The position numbers were made by a program, and so were the translations under genes. A model generated the notes under the pieces. The model ran no database searches. It saw only the letters and a list, made by a program, of their open reading frames with translations, and was not told the origin of the DNA. Shown here piece by piece: positions 10,490 through 20,848 of a stretch of 45,697 nucleotides of DNA. This stretch comes from an uncultured Mycoplasmatota bacterium. Lineage in GTDB: Bacteria; Bacillota_I; Bacilli_A; RF39; UBA660. The stretch lies in contig CAMMBX010000002.1 of assembly GCA_946494345.1 (NCBI GenBank), positions 1 through 45,697 of the forward strand, in the 5' to 3' direction. The first letter of the stretch is position 1, and every line of letters begins with the position of its first letter.

Positions 10490-11431
10490 ATGGATAAAAT
10501 ATCAATAATCATTCCTTGTTATAATGAAGAGGACTCTATCCCTCTTTTTTATAAAGAGATGACTAAGGTCATGAAAAAAATGTTTAATGTTAAGTTTGAA
10601 ATATTGTTTATCAACGATGGTTCTTTTGATAATAGTTTAAAAGAAATAAAGAAACTTGCAAAAGAACATGATGAAGTTAAGTATATTTCTTTTTCTCGTA
10701 ATTTTGGGAAAGAAGCGGCAATGATAGCAGGACTTGATTATGCAAGTGGTGATTATGTTGCGATAATGGATGTTGACTTACAAGATCCACCAGAGAAATT
10801 AGAAGAGATGTATAAAATAATAAAAAATAATAGTGATATAGATTGTGTAGGTTTAAAAACTAATAGTCATGATGATTATGGCTTTATTAGGAAGTTCTTT
10901 ACCAATTGTTTTTATAAGATAATTGGTAAAATGTCTAAGACTGAAATGGTTCCTGGGGCAAGGGATTTTAGGTTAATGACAAGACAAATGGTAGATGCTA
11001 TAATCTCTTTAAGAGAGTATAACCGTTATTCTAAGGGACTTTTTAGTTTTGTTGGCTTTAATACAGAATGGTTGACTTATAAGATTCCTGAACGTAAAGC
11101 TGGTAAAACTACTTGGAATTTCTTTAAGTTATGTGCTTATGCTTTTGATGGTATTTTGGCATTTACAACTACACCTTTAACTATTGCAGCTTTTATTGGA
11201 GTTATCTTTTGTTTAGTATCTTTAATTGCAATTATTGTAATTATTATTAAGACTTTGTTATTTGGTGATCCTGTAGATGGTTGGCCATCATTAGTATGTA
11301 TTATGTTCTTTTTAAGCGGTATCCAATTGTTTTGTACAGGTATTATTGGAGCATACTTATCTAAAACATATACAGAGGTTAAGAAAAGACCTATTTATAT
11401 TGTAAAAGAAAAAAATATTGAAAAAGTTTAA
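10490..11431 (+). CDS. GT2 polyprenyl-phosphate glycosyltransferase (second GtrB/CsbB-like copy)
   Basis: ISIIIPCYNEE...NDGSFD...MDVDLQDPP motifs plus two C-terminal TM helices. Confidence 0.85.
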   Translation: MDKISIIIPCYNEEDSIPLFYKEMTKVMKKMFNVKFEILFINDGSFDNSLKEIKKLAKEHDEVKYISFSRNFGKEAAMIAGLDYASGDYVAIMDVDLQDPPEKLEEMYKIIKNNSDIDCVGLKTNSHDDYGFIRKFFTNCFYKIIGKMSKTEMVPGARDFRLMTRQMVDAIISLREYNRYSKGLFSFVGFNTEWLTYKIPERKAGKTTWNFFKLCAYAFDGILAFTTTPLTIAAFIGVIFCLVSLIAIIVIIIKTLLFGDPVDGWPSLVCIMFFLSGIQLFCTGIIGAYLSKTYTEVKKRPIYIVKEKNIEKV

Positions 11432-11520
11432 ATGTTAATAATAAATCAATCTTATCGATTGATGTTTAAAAAAAAACTTTTCTGTGGTATTATTAAAGTA
11501 TCTATAGAAAGGTTTTTATT

Positions 11521-12780
11521 ATGAAGAAAAATATAATTAAATTAATAGAGCTGTTCTTAATATTAAGTCCTCTTTTTGATATGCTTACAGCTTTTATGCT
11601 TCAGATTTTAAATATCAATTTTACAATTGGAATGGTTGTTAGATTTATTATTATTTTAATATGTATCTTTTATCTTATCTTTATTTATAAACAAAAAGAT
11701 AAAAAATATCTTCTTTTAATACTTGGTGGTATCTTTCTTTATTTATTAATATTTTTAATTACAATGGTTGTAAATAAAGATATCAGTGTTTTGTTATATG
11801 AAGGAAAAAATGCTATAAAAACCTTTTATTTTCCAATATTACTTATTACATTTTATGCTATTGTTAAAGAAAATAAAATTTTTATTACTAATAAGACCTT
11901 GATTATTGTCTATATAATATATTTGTTAGGGATCTTTATTCCTGATATCTTGGGTATTGGTTTTGACAGTTATGAAATAAGTAAAACAGGTAGTATTGGC
12001 TTTTTTAATACAGCTAATGAAATTAGTGCAATTATTTCGATCTTAATGCCTTTTTTTCTACTATATCTTTATGAGAAGAAGAACTTTGTTTTAACAGTAT
12101 TATTAATAGGTGTTTTAGTATTTGACATTTTAAGTATTGGTACTAAGGGACCTTTACTTTCTTTTGTTATTATCATTGGTGTAATACTATTTATATATAT
12201 AATTTACCTTGTCAAAGAAAAACTATATAAAATGCTTTCTTTTCTTCTTGTACTATTGTTCTTATTTATAGTATTTATCAATATATATCTACCTAGGACA
12301 GCTTTTTATGAAAATATTAAAATACATTTAGATTTCTTAGGTGTTGATAATGTTATGGATGTATTTACTGATTATGAGTTATTTGATCATTTTGTTTTTA
12401 GTTCAAGGTTGAAGTTTTTAGGTAATACCTTTGATAATTATAAATCTTCTTCAATTCTTGAAAAAATATTTGGTATCGGTTATATTGAAAATTATGGAGA
12501 AGAAAATAGTACTACTAAGATGATAGAAATGGATTATTTTGATATCTTATTTAGACATGGAATAGTTGGTTTTGCTGTTTATGTGGGGATATTTGGATAT
12601 TTTATTTATCAAGCCTTTAAAAATATTTATTCTTTAAAAGATAATGCTTATAAAATATGTAGTTATTTATCATTATTTTTAATTATTTTATTATCTTTGA
12701 TTACAGGTCATGTCCTTTTAGCTCCTTCTGTCAGCATTTTTGTAGCAATTATTTTGACTAAAAAAGAGGTGGTAAAATGA
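11521..12780 (+). CDS. O-antigen ligase/polymerase-like (Wzy_C-type) polytopic membrane protein
   Basis: 419 aa with about 10-12 TM segments and one larger loop, in a polysaccharide locus. The family call rests on topology and context. Confidence 0.55.
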   Translation: MKKNIIKLIELFLILSPLFDMLTAFMLQILNINFTIGMVVRFIIILICIFYLIFIYKQKDKKYLLLILGGIFLYLLIFLITMVVNKDISVLLYEGKNAIKTFYFPILLITFYAIVKENKIFITNKTLIIVYIIYLLGIFIPDILGIGFDSYEISKTGSIGFFNTANEISAIISILMPFFLLYLYEKKNFVLTVLLIGVLVFDILSIGTKGPLLSFVIIIGVILFIYIIYLVKEKLYKMLSFLLVLLFLFIVFINIYLPRTAFYENIKIHLDFLGVDNVMDVFTDYELFDHFVFSSRLKFLGNTFDNYKSSSILEKIFGIGYIENYGEENSTTKMIEMDYFDILFRHGIVGFAVYVGIFGYFIYQAFKNIYSLKDNAYKICSYLSLFLIILLSLITGHVLLAPSVSIFVAIILTKKEVVK

Positions 12781-13643
12781 GAAAGTTAGTTTTTGTTATT
12801 ATAAATTATAATGATTTTAATACTACTAAGAGATTACTTTATAATATAAAAGATTATAAAGTAATAGATAAGATCTATGTTGTTGATAATCATTCTACTG
12901 ATGAATCTTATTCAAAGTTAAAAAAATTAAAAATTAATAGATATGAAGTAATAGAAACACCAGTTAATAAAGGCTTTGCTTATGCCTTAAATGTAGGTGC
13001 TAAAAAGGCTATAGAAGAGTTTAATGATGTTGATATTATCTTTTCTAATGCTGATATAATAATTCATAGTAATGAAGATTTAGAAGATTTAAAAAAGACT
13101 TTAGATAAACGTGATGTAGGACTTGTCGCCCCTGTTGTTTATGAAAATGGTGGTTTAAATAGAGGCTGGAAGTTACCTAGTCCAAAAGAAGAAGTACTTG
13201 GTAATTTACCAGTTATAGGTAAAAGATTTAGTAAAAAATTACATTATAAAGAATCTCATTATAAAAGTGACTATAGTCAAGTAGATGTTATTTCTTTTTG
13301 TTTTTTTCTTATAAAAAGTGAAATCTTAGAAAAGATAAATTATTTTGATGAAGAAACTTTTCTTTACTATGAAGAAAATATTACAGCATCAAAACTTAAG
13401 AGGACTAAATATAAATTATTAATTGATAATAATGTAACAATTATTCATGATCATTCAGTTAGTGTTGATAAAAGTATAAATTATATAAATAAATTTAAAA
13501 TATTAAAGAATAGCCAGTTATATTTTGAGAGTAAATATAATAATGCTAGTAGTTTGGAAATACTTTTGTTAAAACTTACAATTAGATTAACACTGATGAC
13601 TTTATATGTTAGAATATTTATTAGAGGAGGTTTGAAGAAATGA
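12777..13643 (+). CDS. GT2 glycosyltransferase (possibly a rhamnosyltransferase)
   Basis: [10 protein letters not shown]...[13 protein letters not shown] motifs. ATGA overlaps on both sides indicate translational coupling with the rfbA operon. Confidence 0.8.
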   Translation: MRKLVFVIINYNDFNTTKRLLYNIKDYKVIDKIYVVDNHSTDESYSKLKKLKINRYEVIETPVNKGFAYALNVGAKKAIEEFNDVDIIFSNADIIIHSNEDLEDLKKTLDKRDVGLVAPVVYENGGLNRGWKLPSPKEEVLGNLPVIGKRFSKKLHYKESHYKSDYSQVDVISFCFFLIKSEILEKINYFDEETFLYYEENITASKLKRTKYKLLIDNNVTIIHDHSVSVDKSINYINKFKILKNSQLYFESKYNNASSLEILLLKLTIRLTLMTLYVRIFIRGGLKK

Positions 13644-14515
13644 AAGGAATAATCTTAGCAGGAGGTAGTGGAACGAGGCTTTATCCCTTAACAGAAGTTA
13701 CTAGTAAACAACTTATGCCTATTTATGATAAACCTATGATTTATTATCCTTTGTCAGTTTTAATGCAGGCAGAAATAAGAGATATACTAATAATTTCAAC
13801 GCCTAAAGATTTACCTAGATTTAAGGAATTGTTAGGTGATGGATCTAAGTTTGGTATTAGACTTTCCTATAAAGAACAGCCTAGTCCTGATGGACTTGCT
13901 CAGGCCTTTATTTTAGGAGAAGAATTTATTGGTAATGATACTTGTTGTATGGTTTTAGGAGATAATATTTTCTATGGACCAAATTTAAAAATAGAGTTAA
14001 TGAAAGCGAAAGAATATGCTAATAAAGGAATTTCTACTGTTTTTGGATATCATGTTTATGATCCTGAGAGATTTGGAGTTGTTGAATTTGATAAAGATGG
14101 TAAGGTTTTAAGTGTAGAAGAAAAACCAATAAATCCTAAAAGTAATTATGCTGTGACAGGAATTTATTTTTATGATAATACTGTAATTGAGAAAGCGAAA
14201 AGATTGAAACCATCTTCAAGAGGAGAGTTAGAAATAACTGATTTGAATAGGTTATATTTAGATGAATCTAAATTAAACGTTATTACTTTGAATGAAGGTT
14301 ATGGGTGGTTTGATACAGGAACATTTAAAAGCTTATTTGATGCAACTAATTTTGTAGCGACAATACAAGAACATCAAAATATTACTATTTGTTGTCCAGA
14401 AGAGATTGCCTATAAAAATGGTTGGCTAAAAAGAGAAGATGTTCTAAAACAAGCAGAGTTAATGAAAAAGAATACTTATGGAAAACATTTAATGGAAATT
14501 ATAGAGGAGAAATGA
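13640..14515 (+). CDS. rfbA: Glucose-1-phosphate thymidylyltransferase
   Basis: [18 protein letters not shown] signature, and 291 aa is the typical RmlA length. Confidence 0.95.
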   Translation: MKGIILAGGSGTRLYPLTEVTSKQLMPIYDKPMIYYPLSVLMQAEIRDILIISTPKDLPRFKELLGDGSKFGIRLSYKEQPSPDGLAQAFILGEEFIGNDTCCMVLGDNIFYGPNLKIELMKAKEYANKGISTVFGYHVYDPERFGVVEFDKDGKVLSVEEKPINPKSNYAVTGIYFYDNTVIEKAKRLKPSSRGELEITDLNRLYLDESKLNVITLNEGYGWFDTGTFKSLFDATNFVATIQEHQNITICCPEEIAYKNGWLKREDVLKQAELMKKNTYGKHLMEIIEEK

Positions 14516-14516
14516 T

Positions 14517-15089
14517 ATGAAAAGAATTGCAACTAATTTATTAGATTGTTATATATTAGAGCCCGATAAATTTGGGGATGAAAGGGGATACTTTTCACCA
14601 TATTATATAGAAGCTGATTTAAAAGAATTAGGTTTTCTTGGTGTAAAACAGGCCAATAGAAGTAAAAGTAGTAAAGGAGTAGTAAGAGGACTTCATTTTC
14701 AAGAAGATCCTATGTGTCAAGCGAAAATCGTTGAGGTAATTAAAGGTTCTGCAATTGATGTAGTAGTTGATATTAGAAAAGATTCAGAAACTTATGGAAA
14801 GTTTACAACAGTTAAATTGACTGAAGATAATAATAGACAATTATTTGTACCCCGTGGTTTTGCACATGGTTTTATATCATTAGAGGATGACACTATTTTT
14901 CAGTATTTAGTTGATAATGCTTATGCTCCTGATAAAGAAGGTGGTATTCTTTGGAATGATCCTGATCTTAAGATAAACTGGGAAGAAATGTTTAAAGAAA
15001 ATGGTATAACTAATCCTATTTTATCTGAAAAAGATGGAAAATATCCAAGATTTAAAGATTCTAAAGTATTATTTTTAAGGAGGAAATAA
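14517..15089 (+). CDS. rfbC: dTDP-4-dehydrorhamnose 3,5-epimerase
   Basis: FGDERGYF and RGLHFQ motifs, at 190 aa. Confidence 0.93.
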   Translation: MKRIATNLLDCYILEPDKFGDERGYFSPYYIEADLKELGFLGVKQANRSKSSKGVVRGLHFQEDPMCQAKIVEVIKGSAIDVVVDIRKDSETYGKFTTVKLTEDNNRQLFVPRGFAHGFISLEDDTIFQYLVDNAYAPDKEGGILWNDPDLKINWEEMFKENGITNPILSEKDGKYPRFKDSKVLFLRRK

Positions 15090-15976
15090 TGAAATATTTA
15101 ATTACAGGTTATAAAGGACAATTAGGCTATGATGTAAAAAGAGAATTATTAAAAAGAGGTGTAAGTGAAGAAGATATTCTTGCTATAGATAAAGATGAGA
15201 TGGATATTACTAATAAAGAAGAAGTAGAGATGGTTGTTAAAGGTTTTAATCCAAACGTTATCTTTCATTGTGCAGCTTTTACGGCAGTAGATAAAGCTGA
15301 AGATATGAGTGATGCTTGTTATGCTGTTAATGTTACTGGTACTAAAAATATAGTTGATGTATCAATTGAAACAAACTCTACTGTTATATATATGTCAACT
15401 GATTATGTTTTTGATGGTACTAAAGATGGCCTATATACAGAAGAAGATAATGTAAATCCTAAAAGTGTTTATGGTGAGACTAAGTTTTTAGGTGAAGAAG
15501 AAGTAAGACGTAATCCTAAACATTTTATTACAAGAATATCTTGGGTATTTGGAATTAATGGACATAACTTTATTAGAACAATGTTAAAATTATCAGAAAA
15601 TCATAATGAATTAAATGTGGTTAATGATCAAGTTGGTAGTCCTACTTATACTGTTGATCTTGCTAAAACATTAGTAGATATGGCAGGTAGTGATAAGTAT
15701 GGTACCTATAATGTTACTAATAGTGATTATTGTAGTTGGGCAGAGTTTGCTGATTTTATCTTTAAATCTAATGGAAAAGATGTTAATGTAAATAAAGTTA
15801 CAACAGAAGAATATTTAGAAATTACTGGTACAAAGCAAGCATATCGTCCTAGAAATTCTAAACTAGATAAAACAAAATTAGAAGAGAACTTTGGGTTGTT
15901 ACCAACATGGAAAGATGCAGTTCGTCGTTATAATATAGAACTTGAAGAAGAAAAGAAATTAGTAAAGAAAATATAA
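15089..15976 (+). CDS. rfbD: dTDP-4-dehydrorhamnose reductase
   Basis: N-terminal ITGYKGQLG Rossmann motif and STDYVFDG...YGETK catalytic motif, at 295 aa. Confidence 0.92.
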   Translation: MKYLITGYKGQLGYDVKRELLKRGVSEEDILAIDKDEMDITNKEEVEMVVKGFNPNVIFHCAAFTAVDKAEDMSDACYAVNVTGTKNIVDVSIETNSTVIYMSTDYVFDGTKDGLYTEEDNVNPKSVYGETKFLGEEEVRRNPKHFITRISWVFGINGHNFIRTMLKLSENHNELNVVNDQVGSPTYTVDLAKTLVDMAGSDKYGTYNVTNSDYCSWAEFADFIFKSNGKDVNVNKVTTEEYLEITGTKQAYRPRNSKLDKTKLEENFGLLPTWKDAVRRYNIELEEEKKLVKKI

Positions 15977-15993
15977 TACTTAAGGAGAATACT

Positions 15994-16890
15994 ATGCTTG
16001 AAGTTAAACATATTACAAAATATTATGGAAATAATAGGGCAGTTAATGATCTGTCCTTTACTGTTAAAGATGGAGAGATATTTGGTTTACTTGGAGAAAA
16101 TGGAGCGGGTAAGACTACTACATTTAGAATCATTATGGGACTTATTGATGCGAATAGTGGAGAAGTTTTACTTGATGGAGAAAAGATAGACTATAATCTA
16201 ACTGATAAAATTGGGTTTGTTACAGAAGAGAGAAGTCTTCTTACTAAACTTACTGTTTTAGAACAACTTAAATTTTATGGTGTTTTGAAAGGAATGGATG
16301 AGAGCTTAATTGAAAATGATATAGATAAATGGTTAGAAAAGTTTTCCATTTCTAGTTATAAAAATAGAAAGATTAAAGAACTATCTAAAGGTAATCAACA
16401 AAAAATTCAATTTATTTCTGCAATCATTAATCATCCTAAATTATTAATACTTGACGAGCCTTTTACTGGACTTGATCCTATTAATGTTAAAATGATGAAA
16501 GATGCTATTTATGATTTACAAAAAGAAGGTTGTTCAATTATTTTTTCATCTCATCAAATGGAATATATTGAAGACTTTTGTGAGAAGTTAGTTATTTTAG
16601 TAAAAGGAGAAGCAGTTGTAAGTGGTAACTTGAAAGATATTAAAGAAGACTTTGGTATTAAAAATATTATGTTGAGGGGAGATGATTTACCTCTTGATAA
16701 AATAAAAAAAGTTAAAGGTGTTTTAAGCGTTTCCAAAGTAAGAGGAGAAATAGAAGTGAAAATAGAAGATAAAGTGATCGCACCTAAGATCTTTTCCTTA
16801 GTAAAAAACTCTAATATTACTAAATATGATGTAGAAGAGCCAACACTTAATGAAATATTTATTGCGAAAGTAGGGGGTATTCATGAATAG
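15994..16890 (+). CDS. ABC transporter ATP-binding protein (NatA/YhaQ-like)
   Basis: Walker A GENGAGKTT, signature LSKGNQQK, Walker B LILDEP, plus a C-terminal accessory domain. Confidence 0.88.
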   Translation: MLEVKHITKYYGNNRAVNDLSFTVKDGEIFGLLGENGAGKTTTFRIIMGLIDANSGEVLLDGEKIDYNLTDKIGFVTEERSLLTKLTVLEQLKFYGVLKGMDESLIENDIDKWLEKFSISSYKNRKIKELSKGNQQKIQFISAIINHPKLLILDEPFTGLDPINVKMMKDAIYDLQKEGCSIIFSSHQMEYIEDFCEKLVILVKGEAVVSGNLKDIKEDFGIKNIMLRGDDLPLDKIKKVKGVLSVSKVRGEIEVKIEDKVIAPKIFSLVKNSNITKYDVEEPTLNEIFIAKVGGIHE

Positions 16891-18199
16891 GAAATTTCTT
16901 TATTTAACTAAAGTTAGTTTAAGAAAAAAGTTTAAGACTAAATGGTTTGTTATTACTAATATAATCCTTGCTGTAGCAATAATTCTTCTTTTAAACATTA
17001 ATTCTATAGTATCTTTTTTTGGAGGGGATTTTGATAGTAAGACTAATATAATTGTTGTAGATAATGGTACCGATAGTTATTCTTTATTTGAAAAGAATAT
17101 AGAAAGTTACGCTAGTACAATAAATTCTGATGAAGATGGTGTAAAATTAGCAGTTAAAAAGAGTAATAAAACTGTTGATGAATTAAAAGATGATTTACAA
17201 GATGATGAGATACTAGTAGAGTTAAATAGTGATAGTACAGAATACTTGAAAGCAAAGGTTACTTCTAATGAGAAAATAGATACTTTAACTTATCAAGTAT
17301 TATCTCAGAGTTTAAACTCTACTAAGACTACGATTGGTATGGCTATTAATAATATAGATGCTACTACGTTAAATAATATCTCTAGTCCTGTAACAATAGA
17401 TAGAGTAGTCTTGAATGAAGATAATAATGTCGATGAGAATGTGGGACTTATTATGAGCAGTGTCTTTCCAACAGTAATCTTACCATTTTTTATGTTAACT
17501 ATGATCTTAATTCAAATGGTAGGAGGAGAAATATGCGAAGAGAAGACTACTCGTAGTATGGAAATAATTATTTCTAATGTTTCTCCTAAACAACATTTAA
17601 TGTCTAAGATACTTGCTAGTAATATTTTTGTTATAGTTCAAGGAATGCTTTTAGTAGTTTATGCTGTTATTGGTCTTTTAATAAGTACTAATATGTTAAG
17701 CAGTGGTATGTCACTACCTAGTGAAGTTACATCTATCTTTGATAGTCTAGTAGCATCTGGTTTTATAGAGAAGTTAATCTATGTAATACCTTTAACCTTA
17801 ATCTTAATAGTTTTATCATTCCTTGCTTATTCCATTGTAGCAGGTATTCTTGCTTCTATGACTGTTAATATGGAAGACTTTAGTCAATTACAAACACCAT
17901 TAGTATTTCTTTCTTTAGGAGGTTATTACTTAGCGATGATGGCGGGTATGTTTAATGGTTCAGTTCTTATTAGAATACTTTCATATGTACCATTCTTATC
18001 ATCATTTGTTAGTCCTAGTTTATATATGATGGGAGAAATAGGTTTAGTTGATATAGTTATTTCTATTATTATATTAATTCTATTTATTTATTTGATACTT
18101 CATTTTGGAATAAAAGTATATAAAGTAGGAATACTTAATTATTCTAATGAAAAAGTTTGGAGTAAATTCTTTAAGGCTTTTAAAAATAAAGATGTATAA
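16883..18199 (+). CDS. ABC-2 family permease (NatB-like) with a large extracytoplasmic loop
   Basis: One N-terminal TM segment, a soluble loop of about 170 aa, then 5 TM segments. It overlaps the upstream NBD gene. Confidence 0.75.
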   Translation: MNRKFLYLTKVSLRKKFKTKWFVITNIILAVAIILLLNINSIVSFFGGDFDSKTNIIVVDNGTDSYSLFEKNIESYASTINSDEDGVKLAVKKSNKTVDELKDDLQDDEILVELNSDSTEYLKAKVTSNEKIDTLTYQVLSQSLNSTKTTIGMAINNIDATTLNNISSPVTIDRVVLNEDNNVDENVGLIMSSVFPTVILPFFMLTMILIQMVGGEICEEKTTRSMEIIISNVSPKQHLMSKILASNIFVIVQGMLLVVYAVIGLLISTNMLSSGMSLPSEVTSIFDSLVASGFIEKLIYVIPLTLILIVLSFLAYSIVAGILASMTVNMEDFSQLQTPLVFLSLGGYYLAMMAGMFNGSVLIRILSYVPFLSSFVSPSLYMMGEIGLVDIVISIIILILFIYLILHFGIKVYKVGILNYSNEKVWSKFFKAFKNKDV

Positions 18200-18206
18200 T
18201 GCTAAA

Positions 18207-18234
18207 AAGTTATTTCGTTAAAACGAAATAACTT
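18207..18234. terminator. Near-perfect 13-nt-arm palindrome after the ABC operon
   Basis: AAGTTATTTCGTT / AACGAAATAACTT. There is no T-run on the + side, and its 3' arm overlaps the -35 of the next promoter. Confidence 0.35.
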
Positions 18235-18261
18235 GACAAAAATGTTATATAAATATAAAAT
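18233..18261 (+). promoter_or_regulatory. Putative sigma-A promoter for the DUF4143-type ATPase gene
   Basis: TTGACA (18233-18238), a 17-nt spacer, then TAAAAT (18256-18261). Confidence 0.45.
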
Positions 18262-18278
18262 AAAAAAAGGTGATAAAA

Positions 18279-19472
18279 ATGTTAAAAAGAGAAACTTACT
18301 TGTCAAGAATTAGGGGATTTTACGATTCTAATTTAGTAAAAATTTTAGTAGGAATAAGAAGATGTGGTAAGTCTGTAATTCTTAATCAGATAGTAGAAGA
18401 AATAAAAGATAAAGGCGTTAATGAAGATCATATTATATATGTTAATTTTGAACTTGTAGAATTTGAAGAATTACAAGACTATAAAAAGCTAAATAAATAT
18501 ATTAAAGATAATATTAAAGATGATAAAATTTATTATGTATTTTTAGATGAGATACAAAGAGTTGAAAAATTTGAAACAGTTGTAAATTCATTACGAGCAT
18601 CTCTTTCTAATATAAGTATATTTATAACTGGTTCTAATAGTAAACTTCTTTCTAATGAACTTTCTACAGTTTTGTCAGGTAGGTATGTTCTATTTAATAT
18701 CTATCCTTTAAGTTATAAAGAATTCACGGAACTATCTTTAAAAGATCCTAAGAGTGAAGAAACATTTTGGAATTTTGTAAAGTGGGGAGGACTTCCAAAT
18801 AGAGTAGAGTTTATTGATGAAGTTAATATAAAAGATTATCTTCATAGTGTGTTTGATTCTATTATTCTAAGGGATGTAGTAGAACGACTAGGACTTAAAG
18901 ATATTGTTTTATTTAATTTGTTATTACAATATGTTGTTGATACAACAGGAAGAGAATTTTCTGCTGATAATGTTATAAAGTTTTTAAAAGCTGAAGGAAG
19001 AAGTGTTTCTACTGAAACTTTATATATTTATTTAGATGCTTTATGTAAAGCTTTAATAATTAATAAGATTTATAGATATGATATACATGGTAAGACAATA
19101 TTAAAAACATTAAATAAATATTATATGACTGACTTGGGAATAGCACAAATAAAGAATAATAATTTTGAGATTAATAAAAGTTTTGCAATAGAAAATGTTG
19201 TTTATAATGAATTATTAGAAAGAGGATATGATGTTTATATAGGAAAAACGAAAAAAGGTGAAATAGATTTTATTGCCACAAAAACTGATGAAAAAATATA
19301 TATTCAAGTTGCATATTTTTTAAATAGTGAAAAGGTAATATCTAGAGAGTTTGGGGCATTTAAAGAAATAAATGATGATGTTCCTAAATATGTTCTTTCA
19401 TTAGACAAAGATGATTTATCAAGAGATGGTATTATACATAGAAATATTATAGAATGGTTATTAGAAAAATAA
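18279..19472 (+). CDS. AAA-type ATPase with a C-terminal PD-(D/E)xK-like domain (AAA_14 + DUF4143 architecture)
   Basis: Walker A GIRRCGKS, Walker B VFLDEIQ, and C-terminal GEIDFIA...YIQV. ATG 18279 follows AAAGGTG; the track start at 18270 is a GTG inside the RBS. Confidence 0.75.
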   Translation: MLKRETYLSRIRGFYDSNLVKILVGIRRCGKSVILNQIVEEIKDKGVNEDHIIYVNFELVEFEELQDYKKLNKYIKDNIKDDKIYYVFLDEIQRVEKFETVVNSLRASLSNISIFITGSNSKLLSNELSTVLSGRYVLFNIYPLSYKEFTELSLKDPKSEETFWNFVKWGGLPNRVEFIDEVNIKDYLHSVFDSIILRDVVERLGLKDIVLFNLLLQYVVDTTGREFSADNVIKFLKAEGRSVSTETLYIYLDALCKALIINKIYRYDIHGKTILKTLNKYYMTDLGIAQIKNNNFEINKSFAIENVVYNELLERGYDVYIGKTKKGEIDFIATKTDEKIYIQVAYFLNSEKVISREFGAFKEINDDVPKYVLSLDKDDLSRDGIIHRNIIEWLLEK

Positions 19473-19549
19473 GAGACAGTCATCGATTGTCTTTTTCTTT
19501 ATAATTATCTAATTTTGTGTTAGACTAATATTAGAAAGGTAGTTGACTT

Positions 19550-20464
19550 ATGAAGAGAATTGTAATTATAGGTTGTGGTAATGTTGGTATCAGTTATTTG
19601 AGGAAGCTGTGTTTGACTAATGTTTCTCTAGATATAAGTTTGATTGATATAGATGAAGAAAAGTTAGAAGGAGAAATACTTGATTTAGAGCAATCTTTAG
19701 TTTATCAGAATAGTAATATTAATTTAAAAATTGGTAGTTATAATGATTGTGATAATGCGGATATTATTGTAATTACAGCAGGGCCTTCTCAGTCTCTTAA
19801 TGATAGATTAAGTGACTTAAATAGTGCTAATGAAATAATAGTAGATATTACTAATAAATTAAGAAATACTAATTTTAAAGGAATATACCTAGTTGCATGT
19901 AATCCTTTAGATGTAATGACAGAGTTAATTGCTCATTATACAGATCATCCTTATAATAAAGTAATAGGTACAGGGTGTATGCTTGATACAGCAAGATTGA
20001 AATCATTAATTAGTAAAAAGATTAAAGTTAAGCCTAACGATATAAATGTCTATGTTTTAGGAGAACATGGTAATAGTCAGTTTGTGGCTTGGAGTAATGC
20101 TAATATTGGTTTAGAAAACTTAAGTCAATTTTTATCTATCTCGGAAAAAGATGAGTTAGAAAATGAAACTAAAGAGATGGGAAGTACTATTGTTAAACAT
20201 AAAGGATATACAAGTGAGGGTGTTGCTGCTTGTCTTTTAGAACTAACTTTAGTAATATTAAATGATTTAAAGAAAGTATATTCAGTATCAAACTATAATA
20301 CAACGTATGATGTTTATCTATCTACACCATGTATTATTGGTAAAAATGGAATAGAAAAGGTAATTAATATAAAACTAACAGATGAAGAAGAGGAAAAGTT
20401 AGAGGAATCTAGTGAAGTAATTAGTACAGCACTTGATAAAATATTACCAAGAGAATTATATTAG
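19550..20464 (+). CDS. ldh: L-lactate (L-2-hydroxyacid) dehydrogenase
   Basis: IIGCGNVG Rossmann motif, GTGCMLDTARL substrate loop, and GEHGNSQF containing the catalytic His. Confidence 0.85.
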   Translation: MKRIVIIGCGNVGISYLRKLCLTNVSLDISLIDIDEEKLEGEILDLEQSLVYQNSNINLKIGSYNDCDNADIIVITAGPSQSLNDRLSDLNSANEIIVDITNKLRNTNFKGIYLVACNPLDVMTELIAHYTDHPYNKVIGTGCMLDTARLKSLISKKIKVKPNDINVYVLGEHGNSQFVAWSNANIGLENLSQFLSISEKDELENETKEMGSTIVKHKGYTSEGVAACLLELTLVILNDLKKVYSVSNYNTTYDVYLSTPCIIGKNGIEKVINIKLTDEEEEKLEESSEVISTALDKILPRELY

Positions 20465-20481
20465 AGAGGTAGTGAGTTGTT

Positions 20482-20808
20482 ATGATTAATTATTTGTTTT
20501 TAGTAGTTATTTTCTTATTTATGGCTATTGAAGTAGTATCTTCATATAAGTTTTTTAGATTAAAAAAGATAAAACAAGGTATTTTTTCGTTATTATATTT
20601 TCTTATTACTTTAATTTTAACATTAAGTTATTTTTCTACTCGTGATGTTTTAGTAGAAGATGAACTTACAAGTCTTATTAATGGTGTTAGTAATTTTAAT
20701 TTATTTGCAATTTTAGTCCTTATTCTTAATATATCTATGATTATAGTTAGTACTTATAGTTATGTTAAAGTAATTGAATGGGGTAGAGCGAAAAGAGATG
20801 CTAAATAA
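20482..20808 (+). CDS. Small membrane protein, function unknown
   Basis: 108 aa with three hydrophobic segments. The family was not recognised. Confidence 0.5.
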   Translation: MINYLFLVVIFLFMAIEVVSSYKFFRLKKIKQGIFSLLYFLITLILTLSYFSTRDVLVEDELTSLINGVSNFNLFAILVLILNISMIIVSTYSYVKVIEWGRAKRDAK

Positions 20809-20812
20809 ATAT

Positions 20813-20848
20813 AAAAAGAAGAAACTAGTTATAAAATTTCTTCTTTTT
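20813..20848. terminator. Bidirectional hairpin between convergent genes
   Basis: AAAAAGAAGAAA (20813-20824) pairs with TTTCTTCTTTTT (20837-20848). The right arm overlaps the 3' end of the minus-strand ATPase gene. Confidence 0.5.

Noticed and set aside
11445-11470. Hairpin ATCAATC/GATTGAT after the second GtrB-like gene as an intrinsic terminator.
   Set aside because: The stem is only 7 bp and AT-rich, and an A-run follows rather than a T-run. The downstream genes appear to belong to the same co-directional locus. The evidence is too weak to list as a feature.
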